Source of the DNA: an uncultured Chloroflexia bacterium
GTDB taxonomy: Bacteria; Chloroflexota; Limnocylindria; Limnocylindrales; CSP1-4
Direction of reading: 5' to 3'
Assembly: GCA_963819655.1 (NCBI GenBank)
Contig: CAWFXA010000001.1
Location: 256,001 to 320,000 of the forward strand
Length of the DNA stretch: 64,000 bases
The notes beneath the pieces were generated by a model that was not told the DNA's origin, searched no databases, and was given only the letters and a program-made list of their open reading frames with translations. A program made the position numbers and the translations under genes. Shown piece after piece: positions 1-9,002 of the stretch (its first letter is position 1; every line of letters begins with the position of its first letter).

Positions 1-1139
1 CGCTCCGAGACCGGCAGCTGGCTGATGCCGAACGCCTGCAACGTCGCGATCGCATCGCCGACGCGCTCCGTCGTCCGCGCGACGATGACCGGCGGGCGAT
101 CGGTGACGTGATGGCGGTCGGCCAGGAGCGTGTCGATGCGGGTCGCCGACCCGGTCGTCGGCAGTAGGCCGTTGTTGCGCATCCACTCGTCGTTGTACAG
201 CTTGGACAGATAGCTGCGGCCGCTGTCGGGCAACAGCACCACGACCACTGCCTCGTCGCCGCCGTCGGTCGCCGTCAGCTCGCGGACGACCTCGCGGGCA
301 GCGACCATCGCTGTCCCGCACGAGCCGCCCGACAGGATGCCCTCCTCGCGGGTGAGCCGGCGGGCCATCGCGAACGCGTCGCGGTCGCTGACCCGCACCC
401 AGCGATCTATCACCGACGGGTCATACGTCCCCGGAAAGAAGTCCTCGCCGACGCCCTCGGTCAGGTACGGCCGCGCGGTGTCCCCGGACAGCACCGACCC
501 TTCCGGATCCGCGCCGATCACCTGGATGGCCGGGTTGTGCGCCTTGAGCACGCGAGCGGCGCCGGAGATCGTGCCGCCGGTCCCGACGCTCGCCACGAAA
601 TGCGTGATCCGGCCCTCTGTCCCCTCCCACAGCTCAGGCCCCGTCGTCCGCTCATGGGCCGCCGGGTTCTCCATATTCCAGTACTGATCGGGCTTGAACG
701 CGCCCGGGATGTCGCGCGCCAGCCGCGCCGCCACGCTGTAATACGAGGCCGGCGACTCCGGCGCGACGTTCGTGGGGCACAGGACGACTTCCGCGCCATA
801 CGCGCGCAGCAAGGCCTGCTTCTCGACCGACTGCTTGTCGGCCATCACGAAGATGCAGCGATAGCCCTTGAGGGCGGCGGCGATGGCCAGTCCGTGGCCG
901 GTGTTGCCGCTCGTCGGCTCGATGATCGTGCCGCCAGGCTTGAGCAGGCCTTCGCGCTCGGCCGCCTCGATCATCGGCAGCCCGATGCGGTCCTTCACCG
1001 ACCCACCCGGGTTGAGCATCTCCATCTTGGCCAGCAGCAGCGGTTGTCGATCGACGGGGCCGATGTCGCGGGTCACCCGACTGATCCGGACCAACGGCGT
1101 GTCGCCGACGAGGTCGAGGACGGACTCGACGTAGCGCAT
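1..1139 (-). CDS. cbs: Cystathionine beta-synthase (PLP-dependent, C-terminal CBS domain); runs off the left edge
   Basis: Manual translation from ATG 1139: MRYVESVLDLVGDTPLV...KMEMLNPGGSVKDR (PLP lysine), EPTSGNTG, GTGGT, and PDSGRSYLSK followed by CBS-domain-like sequence. Confidence 0.9.
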   Translation of the reverse strand, partial: MRYVESVLDLVGDTPLVRISRVTRDIGPVDRQPLLLAKMEMLNPGGSVKDRIGLPMIEAAEREGLLKPGGTIIEPTSGNTGHGLAIAAALKGYRCIFVMADKQSVEKQALLRAYGAEVVLCPTNVAPESPASYYSVAARLARDIPGAFKPDQYWNMENPAAHERTTGPELWEGTEGRITHFVASVGTGGTISGAARVLKAHNPAIQVIGADPEGSVLSGDTARPYLTEGVGEDFFPGTYDPSVIDRWVRVSDRDAFAMARRLTREEGILSGGSCGTAMVAAREVVRELTATDGGDEAVVVVLLPDSGRSYLSKLYNDEWMRNNGLLPTTGSATRIDTLLADRHHVTDRPPVIVARTTERVGDAIATLQAFGISQLPVSE

Positions 1140-1176
1140 CGCCGGGGAGTATGTCACGCGGCCGCGGCGCTCCGTC

Positions 1177-2100
1177 CTAGTCGCGGTCGAGGCGTCCGGG
1201 CCGGAGCAGCAGCCAGGTCAGACGACGCCGCAACCGGCGCGGATGGTCGGGCGGGTCGATCGTCGACGCGTGAAGCTCCTCGACGACCGGGCCGAGCCGA
1301 GCGGCAAGGCGATCGGTCATGAGGCGCGCCAGGGCGAGCTCCTCGCGCGAGCCGGCCGCAGGCAGCGAGGCATCGGGCGGGAGCCCGGCCAGCTCGCGGA
1401 CCGTGGTCACCGGCAGGATGCGCGACGCCATCCGCCGGCCGAGGTAGAGCTCCTCGGTGCCGGCCATCGCGAGCGGCAGGATCGCGGCCTCCGTACGTTG
1501 CGCGATGATCGCCCAGCCGTGGCGCATCGGGCCGAGGCGGCCCGGCGGTCCGCTGACGGTGCCCTCCGGCATCTGAACGAAGACTGCGCCGTTCGCGACC
1601 ACAGCCCGCGCCGAGGCGACGTGACCGTCGATGCCGACCCCGCCGCGCCACACCGGCAGCAAGCCGCCGATGCGCTTCGCGAACCACTCGCGCCACGGCG
1701 CCGTGAATGTCGACGGTCCACTCCCGAGGATCCAGCTGCGTGGCTCGACCGGCAGCGCGTGCATCACCACGAACGGGTCCATCCAGCCTCGATGGGCGCC
1801 TGCCACCAGTAGATAGCCACCGGCCGGCACGTGCTCCTGGCCCGATGTCGCGATCCGGAACCGAAAGACCCCGAAGAGCAGGAAGCGAACGAGGCCCCGC
1901 ACCGCTCGATAGAGCAGCGACGCCTTTGCCTCCGGCGTCCGGCCGAGCCACGCGAGGCCCTCGAGCGCTCCGCCGCGCGCGGCGGCCATGGCCTCGGGAG
2001 CGATGCGTGCCGGCGGCGGTCGGCGCCGACGGGCCGACCGCTCCGCGGATTCGGCAGGCTCCGCGGCCGGGCTCCCGGTCGGCGCGACCGGGTCGGTCAT
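1177..2100 (-). CDS. Lysophospholipid (1-acyl-sn-glycerol-3-phosphate) acyltransferase, PlsC family
   Basis: HxxxxD motif (AHRGWMD) and MPEGT; ATGA overlap with lgt. Confidence 0.85.
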   Translation of the reverse strand: MTDPVAPTGSPAAEPAESAERSARRRRPPPARIAPEAMAAARGGALEGLAWLGRTPEAKASLLYRAVRGLVRFLLFGVFRFRIATSGQEHVPAGGYLLVAGAHRGWMDPFVVMHALPVEPRSWILGSGPSTFTAPWREWFAKRIGGLLPVWRGGVGIDGHVASARAVVANGAVFVQMPEGTVSGPPGRLGPMRHGWAIIAQRTEAAILPLAMAGTEELYLGRRMASRILPVTTVRELAGLPPDASLPAAGSREELALARLMTDRLAARLGPVVEELHASTIDPPDHPRRLRRRLTWLLLRPGRLDRD

Positions 2101-3152
2101 CCGGTCGGGTCGTCCGGCGGTCTCGGCGGCCGGTCGTCCGCCGGCTCGGGCGACTCGGCCTCGTCGATGTCCTCGACGTCCTCGTCGATGTCGTCGTCAT
2201 CGATGTCATCGATCTCGTCATCGTCGTCATCGATGTCGCTGCCCGGTGGCGGCAGGTTGGCCCACGGCTCGTCGATCGGACGCATCATCCAGGCGGCGCC
2301 GAGCGCACCCCAGGTCGCGCCCTGTGGATTGGTCGCGGGCCGGTCGGACCGGCGTGTGCTGCGGTGCCGGACGACCAGGCCGACGACCCCGATGGCGATC
2401 ACGGTGAAGGACACGATCTGCGCGACCGGGATGCCGAAGAACGTCCAGTTGTCCTCGCGCAGGTTCTCCAGCACGAACCGCGTGACGCCGTACCAGACGA
2501 GGAAGACGAGGAACAGGTCGCCCGGCCGCAGCCGATCACGGAAGCGGAACCCCAGCCAGATCAGGAAGACCGCTCCGATGATCCCGGAGATCGACTCGTA
2601 CAGGAACAGCGGGTGGAAGCGCGTCGTCGCTTCGGGGAAGCTCGCGCACGAATACACATCCTGGAGCCGGTGCGCGCAGTCGATCGGGATGCCCCACGGC
2701 AGGTTCGTCGGCGGTCCGTACAGCTCCTGGTTGAAGTAGTTGCCCCAGCGCCCGATCGCCTGCATCACGAACAAGGCTGGCGCGATGATGTCTGCCCAGC
2801 GCGCGAACGGCACCCCCCGCCGGCGCGCGTACCACCAGGCAGCCAAGGTCCCTGTGGCGATCCCGCCGTAGACACCGAGCCCCGAATACGGCGGCAGGAC
2901 GATCTTGAGCGGGTCGTCCGCGTAGAGCTGCCACTGGTCGATGACGTGATACAGCCGGCCGCCGATGAGCGCGGCCACGGCGACGATGATGATGCCGTTG
3001 CCGACGACATCGGGATCCTCCCCGGCCAGCCGCGCAAGCCGGACGAGCAGCACGTACGCGACGGCAAGCCCGATGGCATAGCACAGCCCGTACCAGCCGA
3101 TGCTCAGCGGGCCGACCTGGAAGGCGATGGGATCCGGGGGGACGTCGAACAT
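2097..3152 (-). CDS. lgt: Prolipoprotein diacylglyceryl transferase with an Asp/Glu-rich tail
   Basis: IGWYG, GGRLYHV, GRWGNYFNQELYG and HPLFLYE motifs. Confidence 0.95.
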   Translation of the reverse strand: MFDVPPDPIAFQVGPLSIGWYGLCYAIGLAVAYVLLVRLARLAGEDPDVVGNGIIIVAVAALIGGRLYHVIDQWQLYADDPLKIVLPPYSGLGVYGGIATGTLAAWWYARRRGVPFARWADIIAPALFVMQAIGRWGNYFNQELYGPPTNLPWGIPIDCAHRLQDVYSCASFPEATTRFHPLFLYESISGIIGAVFLIWLGFRFRDRLRPGDLFLVFLVWYGVTRFVLENLREDNWTFFGIPVAQIVSFTVIAIGVVGLVVRHRSTRRSDRPATNPQGATWGALGAAWMMRPIDEPWANLPPPGSDIDDDDDEIDDIDDDDIDEDVEDIDEAESPEPADDRPPRPPDDPTG

Positions 3153-3211
3153 ACGCGGGAGTGTATGGCCGTCGCGGCCGGTGCGGAGGTCCGTCCCTAT
3201 ACTTCGCGGCG

Positions 3212-3583
3212 GTGATCGCCGAGTTCAACTGGTGGCTGCTCATCGTCGGGCTCGTCGTGGGAGCCGGGCTGGTGTGGTTCGTTCTCATGGACAGCCGGCG
3301 GCGCGATGTCGACATCGACGAGCGGGAGCGGCCGCGCGAGGCGCTGTGGCTGTCGCGGACGCTGGCGGACGAGGGTCACCAGGTCAGCCCGGAGGCCGCC
3401 GACCGCCTGCTCCTCCTCCACCGGTCCTACCTCGAGGCGCCGCCGCCCGATGACCCACCGACGGATGACGCCCCGGCCCATGACCCCCCGGCTGCGACGG
3501 AGGCGTCCCCAGGAGAGCCCTCAGAGCTCGCCGCGGATGACCGGATCGGCCTCGAGCGTCGGGTTCGCGACGTCGGCGAGTGA
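3212..3583 (+). CDS. Small membrane-anchored hypothetical protein
   Basis: TATACT (3198-3203) 8 nt before GTG 3212; N-terminal TM helix WWLLIVGLVVGAGLVWFVL. Confidence 0.7.
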   Translation: MIAEFNWWLLIVGLVVGAGLVWFVLMDSRRRDVDIDERERPREALWLSRTLADEGHQVSPEAADRLLLLHRSYLEAPPPDDPPTDDAPAHDPPAATEASPGEPSELAADDRIGLERRVRDVGE

Positions 3584-4354
3584 GACACCGAAGTCGGTGC
3601 CGTCAGGCAGGTCGCTGACCGCTGGCGTATCGCCGACCCAGAACGCCAGGTCCCCCGCGAAGAACATCTTCCCGACGTCCTCGCGTTTGCCGTCGACCTC
3701 CACCCAGCAGCGGTACTCCTTGCCGCTCGGGGGCCGCTCGAGATCGGTGGCGACGACGACGAGCTCCGTGGTCGACGGGGAGAACAGCAACGTCCCCGCG
3801 GTGCCGGCACCGCCCGTCGCGGCAAGGTCGACGCGACGCGCCGCCGTGTCCCTGCCGATCTCGAGCGTGGCCCGGTTGACCGCCTCGAGGGCGGCCACGG
3901 CCGACGCCTGACGCTCGGCGTCGTTGCGTGCGTCGAGCGCGGCGATCGATCCCGCGGCGATGGCGATGGCGGCTGCGGCCGCGACGACCCAGCGCAGGAT
4001 CCCCGCCGGGCGACGCGTGACGGGGACGGCGCTGGTCGGCGTCGTCGCCATGGACGGTGCGCTGCTCGCGGCTGCCGTAGCGAGGTCCTCCCGCGGGCCG
4101 CGCACCCGCCCATGCGCCCTCACGTACGCGAGCGTGCGCTCACGCAGGTCCGCCGGCGGCGTCGTCCTGACGAGATCGCGGACAAGAGGCACCGCATTCG
4201 AGAGCCGTCGCAGCTCCTCGGCGCAGGCGGCGCAGCCCGCCACGTGACCGACGACCGCGGCCGCCATCGCCGTATCGCCGGCCATCAGCCGCTCGAGCCC
4301 GCCGGCCTCGATGGCCGCCAGCTCCATCTGTTCGAGAACGTCCTCGTGGTCCAT
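3521..4354 (-). CDS. Anti-sigma factor, RskA-like (zinc-binding anti-sigma motif, TM helix, extracellular domain)
   Basis: HxxxCxxC (HVAGCAAC), PPADLRER, TM helix, C-terminal L..PPSGKEYRCW; directly downstream of an ECF sigma. Confidence 0.85.
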   Translation of the reverse strand: MDHEDVLEQMELAAIEAGGLERLMAGDTAMAAAVVGHVAGCAACAEELRRLSNAVPLVRDLVRTTPPADLRERTLAYVRAHGRVRGPREDLATAAASSAPSMATTPTSAVPVTRRPAGILRWVVAAAAAIAIAAGSIAALDARNDAERQASAVAALEAVNRATLEIGRDTAARRVDLAATGGAGTAGTLLFSPSTTELVVVATDLERPPSGKEYRCWVEVDGKREDVGKMFFAGDLAFWVGDTPAVSDLPDGTDFGVSLADVANPTLEADPVIRGEL

Positions 4355-4371
4355 CGGTCTCCGCGTGACGG

Positions 4372-5073
4372 TCAGTGGTCCGGCCCGGCAAGCTCGGCCG
4401 GTGCCAGGTAGCGCGTGAATTCCGGACCGACGCCGCTGCCGAGCACCTCGCGGAGGTGACGCAGCGCCCGTCGCGTCCGGGTCTTGACTGTGCCGAGCGG
4501 CCACCCGAGGCGATCGGCGATCTCGGTCTGGGACAGGTCCTCGGCGTAGGCCATCACGATCACGATGCGCTCCACCTCGGGCATCGCCGCTAACGCCAGC
4601 TGGAGAGCGGTCCGCAGCTCGCGCAGGGCGAGCTCCCGCTCGGGCGACGGCGGCGGGACCGCCCCGGCGACCAGCAAGCCACCGGCCAGCACCCGTTCGA
4701 GCGTGTCGGCGTCGGCCTCGGTCGCACCGCCGAACGCGCTCCCACTCGACGCCGCCGACGACAGCGGCACGAGATTGGGCCGCCGGCCGGCTGCACGCAG
4801 CCGATCGACGGTCCTGTTGCGCGCGATCGTGTGGAGCCATGCTGGCAACGATCCCAGTGTCGGGTCATATGTCTCGGCACGGTTCCACAACGCCAGGAAG
4901 GTCTCCTGCACGACTTCCTCGGCCATCCCTCTATCCGACGTCAGGCGGCTGGCCGATGCGAAGACCGCGTCGGCATGCCTGTCATAGAGCGCCGCCAGGG
5001 CATCGTGCGAACCCTCCGCGACCGCCCGGACAAGGGCCGCGTCGGTGCTCGACCCCGGGTCGGCGCCCGTCAT
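4372..5073 (-). CDS. ECF sigma factor, SigK-like (start 5073 or 5124)
   Basis: AEEVVQETFLALW, WLHTIARNRTVD, SQTEIA..LGWPLGTVKTR. Confidence 0.9.
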   Translation of the reverse strand: MTGADPGSSTDAALVRAVAEGSHDALAALYDRHADAVFASASRLTSDRGMAEEVVQETFLALWNRAETYDPTLGSLPAWLHTIARNRTVDRLRAAGRRPNLVPLSSAASSGSAFGGATEADADTLERVLAGGLLVAGAVPPPSPERELALRELRTALQLALAAMPEVERIVIVMAYAEDLSQTEIADRLGWPLGTVKTRTRRALRHLREVLGSGVGPEFTRYLAPAELAGPDH

Positions 5074-5078
5074 CGGAT

Positions 5079-5105
5079 ACGCCTGGCGCACGTCGCGCGG
5101 TTTCG
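5079..5105 (-). promoter_or_regulatory. Putative autoregulatory ECF promoter GAAAC-N18-CGTA
   Basis: Minus strand GAAAC cgcgcgacgtgcgccagg CGTA ends 5 nt before ATG 5073; typical AAC/CGT ECF geometry. Confidence 0.55.
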
Positions 5106-5128
5106 CGGGGTCCGTGTCGGCCATCGGG

Positions 5129-5443
5129 CTACCAGGTCCCGGCAGCACGATGACTGGGCGCCGCGAGCGATCCGGCCGCCAGATGTGCTTCGAGGCAGGT
5201 CACGCCGCTGGCACCCACGACCGCATCGTGGGCGGTGCCGGCCGGCAATTCGAGTCGGTCACCGGCCTCGAGGTCGACCGGGCCATCGGTCAGGCCGAAG
5301 CGGATCGAGCCGGCGGCGACGACGATGACCTTGTCGTAGCCGTGGTCGTGGGATCCGTAGCGGTCGCCGGGTCCATTCGACCACGCGCCGGGGTCGAGCC
5401 CTTCTGCGATGAGACGCGCCCGGACGACGCTGGAGTCGGACAT
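5129..5443 (-). CDS. Small cupin-domain protein
   Basis: HDH...GSI, GD.LELPAGTAH; TACCAT 9 nt upstream. Confidence 0.8.
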   Translation of the reverse strand: MSDSSVVRARLIAEGLDPGAWSNGPGDRYGSHDHGYDKVIVVAAGSIRFGLTDGPVDLEAGDRLELPAGTAHDAVVGASGVTCLEAHLAAGSLAAPSHRAAGTW

Positions 5444-5515
5444 GGCCGACGCATGGTACCCGCGGACGCGCAGCGGTGGTGTCGGCGCAGACGCGGTCGC
5501 CTAGACTCCGTTCCC

Positions 5516-6548
5516 ATGCGCTCGCCGCTCCGCTACCTCGCCGCGGACGACGTCGTCGTCGCGATGCCGTCGGTCGCCGATCGGCTCGACCTTGCCGAAC
5601 GGACGATGACCGCGTTGGTGGCCGATGCGGAGCTGCCGCCCAAGATCGGGGTACATCCACGTCCCCCGGGCTCCTTCGCGCACGCGATGCCGGCGGCGCT
5701 GCGATCCGTGGCCACGTCCGATGCGCGCGGACGACCTGCTCGGCATCAAGTGGGTCACGGGCTTCCCGGAGAACCGCGCGCTCGGGCTGCCCGCGATCCA
5801 CGCGATCGTCGTCCTGAGTGACCCGGCGACCGGCGAGCCCCGTGCGCTCCTCGATGGTGGGCCGATCACCGCCGAACGCACGGCGGCGGTTTCGGCCGTC
5901 GCGATCGCCCGTTTCGGGCCTCGTGCGGCCGCGACGATGGGAGCGGACGATCACCTCCCGCGCGCCACCATCATCGGCGCGGGTGTGCAGGGACGGAGCC
6001 ACCTTGCGATCCTCGGCTACACGTTGCCGGGCGTCGCCGTGACCATCGTCGATCGTCATCCCGAGCGGGCGGAGGCGCTCGCCGAGATCGCCCGTGCCAC
6101 GGCCGGTATCGGCTCGGCGACGGCGGTGGCCACCCCGGGCGACGACCCACGAGCCGCCACCAAGGATGCCGACGTCGTGATCACAGCGGCGACCTTCGCC
6201 GACCCGGCGCACCGGCAGGTCATGGACGGGTCGTGGCTCGGTCCCGACGCGCTCGTCGTCCCTGTCGACTACGCCACGATGTGCGCGGCGTCCGTCGCGC
6301 GCGACGCGGCGCTGTTCCTCGTCGACGACCGGGGTCAGTTCCTGGCGAACCGCGACGCCGGCCAGTTCGACGACTACCCCGACCCGACCGCCACGATCGG
6401 CGAGGCGATCCTCGCTGGCACGACCCGTCCGCCGAGCGGTCGCGTCGTGGTCACCCACCTCGGAGTCGGCCTCGCCGATGTCCTGTTCGCGGACGCGATC
6501 GTCCGGCGAGCGGAGGAGCTCGGTCTGGGCACGATGCTCCCGCGCTGA
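5516..6548 (+). pseudogene. Ornithine cyclodeaminase/mu-crystallin family, frameshifted near 5725 (or sequencing error)
   Basis: N-terminal part (LPPKIGVHPR..HAMPA) and remainder (LGIKWVTGFPEN, ITAERTAAVS, IGAGVQG, GVGLAD) are in different frames. Confidence 0.8.
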
Positions 6549-6567
6549 CGCGCGACGGAACGGGCTG

Positions 6568-7164
6568 TTAGACCCTGTCCGTGGCCGGATCCGGCAGGGC
6601 GAGCGGCGCGAGAGCCGGCTCGTCGGCGCCGCTGATCGTCGCCAGCCGAGTGTAGGCGCCGTCGTGGTACAGCAACGGCGCCGGGTTCAGCGGGTTCAGC
6701 CAGATCGCCCGGACGCGGCCCACGACGACCGTGTGGGTGTACGCATCGAGCGCCGAATCGATCGTGCAGACAAGATGCGCCATCGCGCCCGTCAGGCGGG
6801 GCGGGTCACCGGCCGGGACCTCCGGGGCGAGCCACCGCTCGTCGAGGCGCTTGTCGGCACCCGGTCGCGAGCAGTGCTGGCTGATGCGCCGCTGGCTCGC
6901 CGCCAGCATGTCGATCCCGAAGGTCCGTACGTGCATGACCTCCTCGTGCGTCCGCGTCGCTCGGTCGATGCACACGATGAGCGACGGCGGGTCGGCGGAT
7001 AGCGCGGTCATCGCGGTCGCCGTCATGCCACGCGGTGCGCCGGTCATATCGATGTAGGTCACGACGACCACCGACGCCGGATGGCGACGGAAGGCCTGGC
7101 GGAAGGCGGCGCGATCGACCGACAGCTGGTCGTCCGGCAACGGGAGGGGCTCGAGCAGGGCCAT
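6568..7164 (-). CDS. Flavin reductase (HpaC-like)
   Basis: FRQAFRRHPASVVVVT, GMTATAMTALSADPPSL, THTVVVG, PLLYHDGAY; start overlaps the upstream stop. Confidence 0.9.
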   Translation of the reverse strand: MALLEPLPLPDDQLSVDRAAFRQAFRRHPASVVVVTYIDMTGAPRGMTATAMTALSADPPSLIVCIDRATRTHEEVMHVRTFGIDMLAASQRRISQHCSRPGADKRLDERWLAPEVPAGDPPRLTGAMAHLVCTIDSALDAYTHTVVVGRVRAIWLNPLNPAPLLYHDGAYTRLATISGADEPALAPLALPDPATDRV

Positions 7165-9002
7165 CAGGCGCTCCTCGCCGTCGTGGTAGCCGCCACGTGA
7201 TCGAGCTCGCGGTCGAGCTCACGGTCGAGCAGGGCCCGCGCGGCACGTTGGGCGACGATCGGGCGGAGCGTGTGATCGCGTCCCGGGAGTCGGTCCAGGC
7301 GGAGCGTCGGCCAGCGGCCGGAACGGGCGACGAAGCCGTCCCGCTCGAGCTCCGCGTAGAGGGGCTCATCGACCGAGAACGCCATGACGACGGTCGTGCC
7401 AGCCGCGCTCAAGCGATCGAGGATCGCCTCGGCCGAGTCCGGGCCGGGGCTGGCGGTTTCGGACGAGCGGCGGCGCCCCAGCGCCCGGCTCGGGGCCTGC
7501 GCGATGGCACGGAGGGCACGCCGGCGGAGGGCAGCGACCGTGGCACCCATGCGGGCGATCGGCACGCCACCGCGCAGGATCCGGCGCCACCAGGCGATCT
7601 CGCGCAGGCGGTGGACGCGGGCCGCCTGGCGGGCCTCGAGCAGGTCCGCTTGCCAGTCGAGGGCACCGGGGTTCAGCAACAGCGCAGCGGTCACCCGATC
7701 GTCCGCGGCGGCTCCCCGGAGGGCCCAGAAACCGCCCGCACACAGCCCGGCGAGGACGATCCGTGGGCCGTGGCCGCGGTGGGCGAGGGCGTCGATCGCG
7801 GCACTGATCTGTGCGCCGACCTCGTCGCGGACGTAGAACTCGGCGACGTCGCGATACCGCTCGGCGTCGCCGTCGGAGTCGCCGATGCCTTCGAGGTCGA
7901 TCCGAACCGTCGCCACGCCGCGCGCCGCCCAGCGGCGGGCGGTATCGACCCAGATCCGGTTCGGGCCGATCCGGCGCACCGCCCCGGCGTTGAGCAGCAC
8001 GGCGCCAACGGGCTGGGCCGGTACCCCGACCGGCCGCGCCAGGATGGCGAAGAGGCGCGTCTCCCCGCCGTCGATCGAGATCGGCGTCTCGCGGATCGCC
8101 ACGCCATCGATGGTGAGGTCGAGTTCGGCCGACGCGGTCGGCGGCGCGGCCGGCGCGGCGTGGACGGGGACGACGCCGGCCGGTGCGTCGGCCACCCATG
8201 CGCCGACGGTGTCGAGCACCTCGCGCGGGATCGACTGATTCTCGGGATGGAAAGTCATGGGACCCCAGCCGGGACCCGGCCGCGTCGTGACCTGGACGCC
8301 CTCGCTCACGAGATGCGCCGCGAGGGCCGCGTCGGCGGGGATCCCGTCCTGGTCCAGGAGCAGCGCCCGCTGGAGACCGTGCGCGGGCAGGTCGACCAGG
8401 ACCACGGGCTCCAGGGCGTCGATCGTTTCGGCCGAGAGGACGAATCCGTTGACCTCGAGCCAGCCGTCCGGGAGCAGCGCGGGCTCGGGCTCGCCGGTCA
8501 GGCTGTAGCGCGACCCCTGCAGCCCGGCGAAGGCCCGCATCTGGCGCACGACACCGCGCCCGCGCGCCGGGACGCCCCATAGCACGAGGTCGTCCATGGC
8601 CGCTCCCGCCGCGAGTGCCATCGCGGCCGCGAGGCCACCGAGCCCGAGCCCGACCACCGCGATCCGCGGGCAGCCGGACTCGGCACGGAGCCAGGCGATG
8701 GCCGAGGTGACTGCCGCGACCGACGCCTTTAGCCGCGCAGGGTCGGCGGCGGAGCCACCGCTGTCGCCGGTCCCGGGCAGCTCGATGCGGAGCGTCGGGT
8801 GCCCGGCTGCGGCGAGCTCGTTCGCCCAGGTGCGCCTGGCCCGATACGAGCTCACGTCGTCCCAGCCCCACGGCGGCGTCAGCACGATGGCCGTCGAGGC
8901 GAGCGCATCGGCCGGGGCCGCGTGGAACATGCCGAACGCGGCATCCACGCCGGTCCCGAGATACACGGGTCGCACGTCGGAGCCGGGATCGAGATCGCTC
9001 AT
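7164..9002 (-). CDS. Tandem (two-domain) alpha/beta-hydrolase-fold protein
   Basis: Two repeats: PGTGDSG...GLGLGG and EGIGDSDG...GLCAGG; terminal DHT. Confidence 0.8.
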   Translation of the reverse strand: MSDLDPGSDVRPVYLGTGVDAAFGMFHAAPADALASTAIVLTPPWGWDDVSSYRARRTWANELAAAGHPTLRIELPGTGDSGGSAADPARLKASVAAVTSAIAWLRAESGCPRIAVVGLGLGGLAAAMALAAGAAMDDLVLWGVPARGRGVVRQMRAFAGLQGSRYSLTGEPEPALLPDGWLEVNGFVLSAETIDALEPVVLVDLPAHGLQRALLLDQDGIPADAALAAHLVSEGVQVTTRPGPGWGPMTFHPENQSIPREVLDTVGAWVADAPAGVVPVHAAPAAPPTASAELDLTIDGVAIRETPISIDGGETRLFAILARPVGVPAQPVGAVLLNAGAVRRIGPNRIWVDTARRWAARGVATVRIDLEGIGDSDGDAERYRDVAEFYVRDEVGAQISAAIDALAHRGHGPRIVLAGLCAGGFWALRGAAADDRVTAALLLNPGALDWQADLLEARQAARVHRLREIAWWRRILRGGVPIARMGATVAALRRRALRAIAQAPSRALGRRRSSETASPGPDSAEAILDRLSAAGTTVVMAFSVDEPLYAELERDGFVARSGRWPTLRLDRLPGRDHTLRPIVAQRAARALLDRELDRELDHVAATTTARSA

